From contig CBFGTB010000003.1 of the NCBI GenBank assembly GCA_965651715.1, forward strand, positions 1-41,671: a stretch of DNA of 41,671 bases, read 5' to 3'. The first letter of the stretch is position 1, and every line of letters starts with the position of its first letter. The position numbers and the translations under genes were made by a program. Origin of the DNA: an uncultured Gemmatimonadales bacterium (lineage in GTDB: Bacteria; Gemmatimonadota; Gemmatimonadetes; Gemmatimonadales; GWC2-71-9). The notes under the pieces were generated by a model. The model was not told the origin of the DNA. It saw only the letters and a list, made by a program, of their open reading frames with translations, and made no database searches. This document shows, one piece after another, positions 34,546-41,671 of this stretch.

Positions 34546-37194
34546 CTAGTTGATCAGCGCATTGAAGACGAAGCGATAGGTGCCATTGGGCTGGGCGCGG
34601 AACAGCACCTCCGGCCCGTAGGCGTAGAGGCGGCCCTTGCCGATGTCGGCTTCGAACATGGTCACGCCACCCTGCAGATACCCCTCGCCGTAGGCCCAGC
34701 CCGACCGCAGCGGCGTGGCCGAGCCGAACCAGGCCACCGGACGGATGCCGTGGGCCGCGGCATCGGGCGGCAGGGTGAACACCGGCGAATTGTCGAACAT
34801 GACGGTGGCCACCGAGTCGGCGCCGGCACTCACCGCAACGTTCTGATTGACATTCACCTCCAGCAGTGAGCCGGGGACGTAGTACTTGTCCCGCGGCAGC
34901 CGCTGATCGGTACCATCGGGCTGGCGCTCCACCAGGTGGTTGGTCACCGGCAGACCGAAGTGCTCGGCCAGCGCGGTCGCCGACCCGATCGTCACGATCC
35001 GACCTCCGGCACGGACAAACTCCTCAAGCGCCGGAATGGTCGTCGCCGCCGTCACGCTACCGGTGCGGTCACGATATTCGGCCGGGATATCGTCGTCGTT
35101 GCCGCCGCCGCCGAAGCCGCGACTGCGGGCATTCACCGACGGGATGGCGCCATCGACGAACACCAGCACATCGAAGTCGCGCCGGAGATCACCGGCGTCG
35201 AGCCGCTGAGGATAGACCACCTCGAACGGCACCTGGTACTGTTCGAAGATCCAGCGGGTCCAGCCCGACGGCATGGAGCCACCGTAGCGATCCCAGAGAC
35301 CGACCCGGAGCGGCTTGACAGCGGTCCCGCGGGCGGAGCCCGCCGGCGCCGTGGGCAGAGCCCGATCGTGAGCCAGCTCGGCCAGCACCTTGGCTGCTAC
35401 TGAGCCGCGGACGATGAAATCGCCCTCGGCGGTGCGCTCGATGCGCCCTCCGGCCTTGCTGATCCGGTTGACAGCGAGGAAGGCATCGGTCGCCGATGGC
35501 GACAGCCGCCACGCGCCGGCCTTGGCATCGAACGGGGCCGGACGCGGCGTGACATCGAGCGAAGTCACCTCCTCCAGCGGTCCGGTCACCGGGGCCATCG
35601 CCCGGACGTAGTCGAAGCCCATCTGCATAGCCAGGGTCCAGCCGGCATTGTCGTAGGGCGGGATCGGCGGACCACCGGGGTATTGCAGGTCAGTCGGATG
35701 GTGCTGCGGCTCAAACATGTCGAGCACCATCGGGCGGAAGGGTTGCGCCGCCGGAATCACGAACGTTCCCGCCGGATAGCTGACGCCCTGGAAGGTGAAC
35801 GGCTCGCTGGCGCGCTGCATCTCGATTCCCGAAATGCGCATCGCGTTCAGGAAATCGAGTGCCGAGCCCATCTCGGCCTGGTTGGCCGGAATGATGTAGG
35901 CGTAGGGGTCACGCCGGGCCGGATCCTGCAACACCGCTTCCATCGCCTCGGTCGCTGCGGCGCCGGTCTTCCCCTCGGCGGCGGCGCGGGCGGCATCGAT
36001 CAGAGCGGGAGTGTGAGTCCAGGTATCGTGACTGCCGCGCGCGATCGAGTTGGCTCCCATGCGCCAGATGTTGAACAACAGCGACTCGCGATAGCGGCTC
36101 GCCAGATCGAGCACCGCCATGTTGGCCGTCATCTCGTAGTCGAGCGACTGCCGGAAGTGCCACGGCCCCCACTGGACCGGCAGCGCCTGGCCGCCGGCGG
36201 GCAGTTGACGCTCGAGCCGGAGCGGGATGGTCATCGGCGTGGGCGAACCGATCGCCTCGGTCAGCAAGCCGATGATGTTGTGGAAATAGGCAGTGGTCCG
36301 CAGGCCGCCATTCCACCAGGTGGAGTAGTTGGCGGCGTTGCGGGACACCGTGCCGCCCTTGCCTTCGGTGGTAAAGCGGCGATGCATCGCGTCGCCCACG
36401 AAGTCGAGTCCGGTCGGGATCATCGGATCGTAGACGTAGTTGAAAGGATCGCGGAACGGCGGCGCGAACATCACAGTGCCGGAGGGCCCGGTCTGGTGAT
36501 GGTTGTACATGATCTCGGGGTACCACTCGGTGTACATCACCCGACTCATGTTGCGCGACTCGGGCTGGGCATTGCGGTAGAAGTCGCGGTTGTTGTCGTG
36601 GCCGACGTACTTCTGGTACAGCACCGGCAGGCCGCGCAGGCTGCGCTCCAGCGTATCGGCGTGACGCATGTACCACGACGACACCAACTCCATCCCGTCG
36701 GGGTTGGCCTGCACCGCCAGAATGATCACGTCGTCGAGAATCCGCAGTGTCTCGGGATCATTTGCCGATACGAAGCGCCAGACCAGATCGAGCAGTTGCT
36801 GCGCGCCGAGCACCTCGGTGGCATGCAGACCGCCGTCGATCCAGATCACCGCCTTGCCGGAGTCGGCCATCGCTCGCGCTGTCGCTTCGTCGACGCGCCC
36901 GCGGGCCAGGGTGGCGTTGATGCGGCGGTAGTCATCGCGACGGGCGATGTTGGCCGGCGACGAGATGATGGCCATCAACTGCGGCCGCCCCTCGGCCGTC
37001 AGCCCGATGGTGTCGAGCACCATGCGGGGGGAGGCGCTGGCCAATTGTTCCCAGTAGCGCTGCTGCTGGGTGTAGGTCACCAGGTTGTAGTCGGACCCGA
37101 TCGCAAAGCCGAAGGCCTGCTCGGGAGTCGGGAGCTGTTGCTGGGCCGCCAACGGAGCGGCGGCCAGAAGAACGAGCGCGAGACGACGATACAT
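34546..37194 (-). CDS. Secreted M14 zinc carboxypeptidase with C-terminal GATase-like domain
   Basis: Signal peptide MYRRLAL..., GLHATE (HxxE), NPDG, DNNRD, NHHQ, GWTRW. Confidence 0.9.
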   Translation of the reverse strand: MYRRLALVLLAAAPLAAQQQLPTPEQAFGFAIGSDYNLVTYTQQQRYWEQLASASPRMVLDTIGLTAEGRPQLMAIISSPANIARRDDYRRINATLARGRVDEATARAMADSGKAVIWIDGGLHATEVLGAQQLLDLVWRFVSANDPETLRILDDVIILAVQANPDGMELVSSWYMRHADTLERSLRGLPVLYQKYVGHDNNRDFYRNAQPESRNMSRVMYTEWYPEIMYNHHQTGPSGTVMFAPPFRDPFNYVYDPMIPTGLDFVGDAMHRRFTTEGKGGTVSRNAANYSTWWNGGLRTTAYFHNIIGLLTEAIGSPTPMTIPLRLERQLPAGGQALPVQWGPWHFRQSLDYEMTANMAVLDLASRYRESLLFNIWRMGANSIARGSHDTWTHTPALIDAARAAAEGKTGAAATEAMEAVLQDPARRDPYAYIIPANQAEMGSALDFLNAMRISGIEMQRASEPFTFQGVSYPAGTFVIPAAQPFRPMVLDMFEPQHHPTDLQYPGGPPIPPYDNAGWTLAMQMGFDYVRAMAPVTGPLEEVTSLDVTPRPAPFDAKAGAWRLSPSATDAFLAVNRISKAGGRIERTAEGDFIVRGSVAAKVLAELAHDRALPTAPAGSARGTAVKPLRVGLWDRYGGSMPSGWTRWIFEQYQVPFEVVYPQRLDAGDLRRDFDVLVFVDGAIPSVNARSRGFGGGGNDDDIPAEYRDRTGSVTAATTIPALEEFVRAGGRIVTIGSATALAEHFGLPVTNHLVERQPDGTDQRLPRDKYYVPGSLLEVNVNQNVAVSAGADSVATVMFDNSPVFTLPPDAAAHGIRPVAWFGSATPLRSGWAYGEGYLQGGVTMFEADIGKGRLYAYGPEVLFRAQPNGTYRFVFNALIN

Positions 37195-37244
37195 GGGCAC
37201 ATCCGGAAAGGAGACGAGAAATGGCGGGGATGAGGCCGCGTCAA

Positions 37245-38474
37245 TCAGGGCGCGGCAGCGGCTCGCCCGGCCAGCCGCCCGGTGATCCACGCCCACGTGA
37301 AATTGTAGCCACCGATCGGACCGAAGGCATCCAGCAATTCACCAGCGAGGTGGAGCCCGGGATGAATACGACTCTCCAACGTGGCGGGTTGAACTTCTTC
37401 GAGCGCGATCCCGCCGCCGGTGACCTCCGCCTTGTGATATCCCTGGTCCGAGGTCCACGGCAGCGGAAAGGCGGTGAGGGCCCGCATCAGCCGCTGGCGT
37501 GCGGCCCGGTCGAGTTGCGCCAGCGGGGTGCCGGCCTCGACTGCCGCCTCGGTCAGCAGGCGATCGGCCAGCCGGGTGGGGAGCTGGTGGCGCAGGGCGG
37601 GCCCGACCTGGCCCGCCGCCGGCGCCAGCACCTGCTGCCAGACCTGATCACTCAGCTCGCCCCAGCGCACGCGCAGCTCGGCGTGTCCGGCGCGGGTCAG
37701 CCGACCGCGCACCGCCACATCCGAGACGTCAAGCAGCGCCGGGCCGGAGTAGCCGCGATGAGTAAACAGGAAGCCGCCGCGGGCCTGGCGCCGGTCACGT
37801 CCGAGCTGGGCGGTGATCTCCACCGGCAGCGACAGGCCGGCCAGGTCGGCGAAGCGGGGGGGATCGAGCGTCAGCGGAGTGAGGGCGGGATAGGTCGGAC
37901 GGACGGTGTGCCCCAGCGCGGCCAGCGCCCGGAACGCGAAGCCGTCGGAGCCGGTGGCCGGCACCGAGAGTCCGCCGGTCGCCACGACCACCCGTCGGGC
38001 GGTGTAGCTGTCGCCCGCGGCCGTCAGCACCTCCCAGCCATCGGCGACCGGCTGGATCGTGCTCACCAGGACTCCGCCGCGAAAGGTCACGCCCCGCTGA
38101 GTGGCTAGGTGACGCAGAGCGTCGCGCACCGCCCGCGAGCGATCGGCGACGGGGAAGAGCTTGCCGGTCGCCGGCTCGACCCGGAGCGGCAATGCCGCGT
38201 CCTGCTCGAAGAAGCGCCGCATTTCGGCGTGGGGCCAGCCGGAGAGGATCCGCCGCAGGGAATGGCGCGACGAGGCGGTGACGAAGCGGGAGATGTCGAG
38301 CGTGGCCGGCAGCACATTGCAGCGACCGCCGCCCGAGATGAGGATCTTGCGACCGCCGTCGGCCATTCGATCGAGCAGCAGCACCTGGGCTCCGGCTGCG
38401 GCCGCGTGGACCGCTGCCATCAGCCCGGCGGCTCCGGCTCCGATGACGATGATCCGGTTTCCGGTGGAGGACAT
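37245..38474 (-). CDS. HI0933/YhiN family NAD(P)/FAD-dependent oxidoreductase
   Basis: GAGAAG, KILISGGGRCN, ATGGLS, LFTHRGYSGP, AEVTGGG, GELLD..GPIGGYN. Confidence 0.92.
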   Translation of the reverse strand: MSSTGNRIIVIGAGAAGLMAAVHAAAAGAQVLLLDRMADGGRKILISGGGRCNVLPATLDISRFVTASSRHSLRRILSGWPHAEMRRFFEQDAALPLRVEPATGKLFPVADRSRAVRDALRHLATQRGVTFRGGVLVSTIQPVADGWEVLTAAGDSYTARRVVVATGGLSVPATGSDGFAFRALAALGHTVRPTYPALTPLTLDPPRFADLAGLSLPVEITAQLGRDRRQARGGFLFTHRGYSGPALLDVSDVAVRGRLTRAGHAELRVRWGELSDQVWQQVLAPAAGQVGPALRHQLPTRLADRLLTEAAVEAGTPLAQLDRAARQRLMRALTAFPLPWTSDQGYHKAEVTGGGIALEEVQPATLESRIHPGLHLAGELLDAFGPIGGYNFTWAWITGRLAGRAAAAP

Positions 38475-38568
38475 GGCGGGAATCTACCCGCCGCCCTGCT
38501 ATTCTTCGGCATCACCGTCGATGGAGAATCGACACCGCATTCGCGACGCTCCGGGAACTGTAACCGCC

Positions 38569-40455
38569 ATGTCCGAGCCGACGACCGCCCGCCGCCCTGA
38601 TCCCGCTCCCCCGCGACCCTCGCCTCCGGTCGATCCGGCGGCGCTGCGCCGATTGCTGGATGGCGCCGAGGCCGCCACCCGCGATCGAATGCGGGAGCGG
38701 CTCACCGATCCGACGTTCAGCTATCAGTACGGCCTGAGCACTGCCGACTACCGGGAGCAGGTGGTGCAATGGTTGGCCCAGCTCTCTGCCGACGGCTTCG
38801 GTGCCCTGGCGGTCCCGACCGAGTACGGCGGTCAGGGCGATGCCCAGGCCTTCATGGCCGCGTTCGAGACCTTGGCCTTTCATGACCTGTCGCTGACCAT
38901 CAAGTTCGGCGTCCAGTTCGGGCTGTTCCAGGGATCGATTCTGGCGCTGGGCACCGAGTGGCATCATCAGGAGTTTCTGCCGGCCATTGCGCGCGGCGAA
39001 CTGCTGGGCATGTTCGCCATGACCGAACGTGGCAGCGGATCCAACGTGCGCGACCTCGAAACCACGGCCCGCTACGATCCCGCCACCGAGGAGTTCGTGA
39101 TCGAGACGCCCCACCCGGGGGCGCACAAGGAGTGGATCGGCAATGCCGCCTGTCATGGGCGGATGGCCACAGTCTTCGCGCAGTTGATCACCGGCGGCAC
39201 CAACCACGGCGTGCACGCCTTCCTGGTGCGCGTCCGCGATGATGCGGGCGCTGCCATGCCGGGGATCCGACTGGCCGACAGCGGCGAGAAGGAGGGCCTC
39301 AACGGGGTCGACAATGGCCGGATCTGGTTCGACGGTGTTCGGGTCCCGCGCCGTCATCTGCTGAACCGCTTCGGTGACGTCGATCGCGACGGGAACTATC
39401 GGTCCTCGATCGAGAGTCCCAGTCGACGCTTCTTCACCATGATCGGCACGCTGGTGGGCGGACGGATCACCATCGGTCTGTCGGCGCTGTCGGCGGCCAA
39501 GAGTGCTCTCACTGTGGCCATCCGTTACGGCAATCGACGGCGCCAATTCGGGCCCGAGGGTGGGAACGAGACCTTACTGCTCGATTATCGCACCCATCAG
39601 CAGCGGCTGCTGCCGGCCCTGGCCGCCAGCATCGTGCTCGACCTGGCGCTCAGTCGGCTGGTCGATCGTTATGTCGCGCTGGCCGGGACATCCGACCGGG
39701 AACTCGAGGGGTTGGCGGCGGGGCTCAAGAGCTACACCGCCTGGTTCGCCCAGCACGCCATCACCGATGCGCGCGAGTGTTGTGGCGGCCAGGGATACCT
39801 GCTGGAAAATCGGATCGCCCAACTGCGTCGCGACATCGACGTGTGGACCACCTTCGAGGGCGACAACACTGTGCTGTATCAGTTGCTCGCCAAGGCGCTG
39901 CTGACCGAGTACCGTCAGGAGTTCAGCGAGATGGGGTTGATCCGCCTGCTCACCCGCCGGGCGCGATCGGCGTTGCAGGGTCTCAACCCGGTGGCCTCGC
40001 GTCGCGACGACGAGGATCATCTGCGCGATCCGGCGGCGCAGCTTGAGCTGCTTCGCTATCGCGAGTGGCGGATCCTCGATGCGGCGGCGCGCCGCCTCCG
40101 CCACGCTCTCAAAGTGAATCCGGAACGGGCGATGATCGACGTTCAGGGGCATCTGATGCACCTCGCGACGGCGCATGTGGAGCGGGTGGCATTCGAGGCG
40201 GTGCAGGCCGAAGTCGAGCGGGCCGACGCCGGCCTGGCTCCGCTGCTCGGGTTGATTCGCGATACCTTCTGGGCCGACCGCGTGGCGGCCGATCTGGGTT
40301 GGTTCCTGATGAGCGGTGTCGTCGAAACGCCCAAGGCCAAGGCGATCCGCTACCTGGCGGGCAAGTGCTGTCAGGAACTGCGTCCGATCGCCGAGCAGAT
40401 CACCGAGGGATTCGGCATTCCCGACGCCGTGCTGGCGGCGCCGATCGCCTTCTGA
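38569..40455 (+). CDS. Acyl-CoA oxidase / dehydrogenase (ACOX-type)
   Basis: FAMTERGSGSNV, KEWIGN, GLNGVDNG, RECCGGQG, TFEGDNTVL, C-terminal ACOX domain. Confidence 0.88.
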   Translation: MSEPTTARRPDPAPPRPSPPVDPAALRRLLDGAEAATRDRMRERLTDPTFSYQYGLSTADYREQVVQWLAQLSADGFGALAVPTEYGGQGDAQAFMAAFETLAFHDLSLTIKFGVQFGLFQGSILALGTEWHHQEFLPAIARGELLGMFAMTERGSGSNVRDLETTARYDPATEEFVIETPHPGAHKEWIGNAACHGRMATVFAQLITGGTNHGVHAFLVRVRDDAGAAMPGIRLADSGEKEGLNGVDNGRIWFDGVRVPRRHLLNRFGDVDRDGNYRSSIESPSRRFFTMIGTLVGGRITIGLSALSAAKSALTVAIRYGNRRRQFGPEGGNETLLLDYRTHQQRLLPALAASIVLDLALSRLVDRYVALAGTSDRELEGLAAGLKSYTAWFAQHAITDARECCGGQGYLLENRIAQLRRDIDVWTTFEGDNTVLYQLLAKALLTEYRQEFSEMGLIRLLTRRARSALQGLNPVASRRDDEDHLRDPAAQLELLRYREWRILDAAARRLRHALKVNPERAMIDVQGHLMHLATAHVERVAFEAVQAEVERADAGLAPLLGLIRDTFWADRVAADLGWFLMSGVVETPKAKAIRYLAGKCCQELRPIAEQITEGFGIPDAVLAAPIAF

Positions 40456-40464
40456 ACCCGCGGC

Positions 40465-40860
40465 TCAGTCGCCCGGTCCGGCGCTCCTCAGCAGCGCGGT
40501 GGCCGCTGCCACATGCGGGAGTAACCGGAACAGCGAGCCGCGAATCAGGCGCAGGTCACCGGTCAGGGCGGTCCGGGTGAGATCGGCCTCGCCCCGCACC
40601 AGCCGGTGCCAGGTCGCGTGCGCCGCCTCCAACACAAACTCGGCGGCGGCGGCGTCGTCGTCGGTCGCAACCCGACAGGCGCTGACGTCGCCCTGATCGA
40701 GCGCGACGAACACGGCGCGCCGATCAGTATCGGTTTCGCGCAGCAGCAGCGTCCCGGTCCAATCGGCTGCGGCACGATGAAAATCGGGCGAGGCCTCGAG
40801 CCGCCGGCGCCAGGCCAGCAGGCCGGCGGTGGAAAAGAGATCGGCCTCGGCCTCAGACAT
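40465..40860 (-). CDS. SCP2 sterol/lipid-binding domain protein
   Basis: LFS..W...F..AAADW.G; EFVLEA...TW..L..G.......AL.G.L.L.RG pattern; 8-nt overlap with hmuV stop. Confidence 0.7.
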   Translation of the reverse strand: MSEAEADLFSTAGLLAWRRRLEASPDFHRAAADWTGTLLLRETDTDRRAVFVALDQGDVSACRVATDDDAAAAEFVLEAAHATWHRLVRGEADLTRTALTGDLRLIRGSLFRLLPHVAAATALLRSAGPGD

Positions 40861-41644
40861 GGGCGTCGACAGCCGCCGGACGCGGCAGCACGATCAGCGT
40901 GCCATCGTCATCGGTGAGGATGGTCATGGCCACGCCATAGGCCTGTTCCAGGACCGGGCTGCGCAGCACGCTGGCGGCGCTGCCGCAGGCGGCGACCGCG
41001 CCGCCGTCGAGCAGCACCAGGCGGTCGGTGTACCGCGCCGCCAGCGTCAGATCATGCAGCACCACAATCACCGCAATGCCGCGATCGGCCAGCGCGCGGG
41101 CACAGCGCAGCACCTCATGTTGATGGCGCGGATCGAGCGCGGCCACCGGCTCATCGAGCAGGCAGACGGCCGGGCGCTCCGGCGTCGCATCGGCGAGTTG
41201 GGCCAGCACCCGGGCAAAATGAACCCGTTGGCGTTCGCCGCCCGAGAGCACTGTGAACTGGCGCTCAGCCAGCTCGGTCAGCCCGACGGTGTCGAGGGCC
41301 TCGGCCACCCGACGATCGATCTCACTGGCCGCCGCGCCGCCCGGGACACCCAGGGCGACCACCTCATGGACCTGAAAGGGAAATGACAGCGTGGAGGCCT
41401 GGGGCAGCACGGCCCGGGCGCGCGCCAGGTGTTCGGGCCGCCAGCGGGCCAGCGGGGTGTCCTGCAGCAGCACCGTGCCACTGTTGGGAATCAACTCGCC
41501 CGAGAGCACCCGGAGCAGGGTGCTCTTGCCGGCGCCGTTGGGGCCGATCAGGCCGACCACCTCGCCGGCAGTGGCAGTCAGCGAGACGCCGGCCAGCAGT
41601 TCGCGGGCGCCGCGGCGGACCCGGATATCGCGTGCGTCGATCAT
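40853..41644 (-). CDS. hmuV: Heme ABC transporter ATP-binding protein
   Basis: GPNGAGKS, RAVLPQASTLSFPF, LSGGERQRVHFARVLAQ, LLDEP, VLHDL. Confidence 0.88.
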   Translation of the reverse strand: MIDARDIRVRRGARELLAGVSLTATAGEVVGLIGPNGAGKSTLLRVLSGELIPNSGTVLLQDTPLARWRPEHLARARAVLPQASTLSFPFQVHEVVALGVPGGAAASEIDRRVAEALDTVGLTELAERQFTVLSGGERQRVHFARVLAQLADATPERPAVCLLDEPVAALDPRHQHEVLRCARALADRGIAVIVVLHDLTLAARYTDRLVLLDGGAVAACGSAASVLRSPVLEQAYGVAMTILTDDDGTLIVLPRPAAVDAHV

Positions 41645-41671
41645 GCCAGTGCCATGCTGCGGCGCGTGCGC
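41641..41671 (-). CDS. 3' end of upstream gene, probably FecCD/HmuU permease (partial)
   Basis: ...RTRRSMALA* with TGA overlapping hmuV ATG (ATGA); identity inferred only from usual gene order. Confidence 0.4.
   Translation of the reverse strand, partial: RTRRSMALA

Noticed and set aside
32052-37233. Long antisense ORFs (e.g. 32052-34379, 35683-37233; also 3560-5185, 12030-13757)
   Set aside because: Shadow frames of real genes, expected at this GC content; no recognisable motifs

Overview
GC-rich bacterial chromosome segment; tRNAs without encoded CCA, many signal-peptide peptidases and a Hanks-type kinase suggest Gemmatimonadota, but this is inference only. Contents: (i) a tRNA cluster (Trp partial, Glu-CTC, Glu-TTC, Lys-CTT) followed by a collapsed ~0.95-kb integrated-element remnant (tyrosine-integrase C-terminus, tandem arm-like repeats, toxin 3' fragment, intact DUF2283-HTH fusion); (ii) a complete GntR-led 4-hydroxyproline catabolic operon directly behind a secreted Xaa-Pro dipeptidyl-peptidase, with a palindromic operator on the regulator start; (iii) copD-marR, PafA-type phosphatase, M19/S10/S9/M14 peptidases, SURF1, an OM beta-barrel, tRNA-Leu/Thr/Pro; (iv) a Zn-ribbon/Ser-Thr kinase/Sel1 membrane protein; (v) a translationally coupled four-gene operon GH109 glycosidase - Na+:solute symporter - sugar-1-P nucleotidyltransferase - atypical galactokinase-like kinase, which looks like an uncharacterised GalNAc (or GalNAc-derivative) salvage route to an NDP-sugar and is my best candidate for an undescribed system; (vi) an arginase broken by a small frameshifting deletion of its metal-binding motif; (vii) HI0933 flavoprotein, acyl-CoA oxidase, and the end of a heme ABC-transporter operon with an SCP2-domain gene. 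All calls come from manual motif recognition; no database searches were run.
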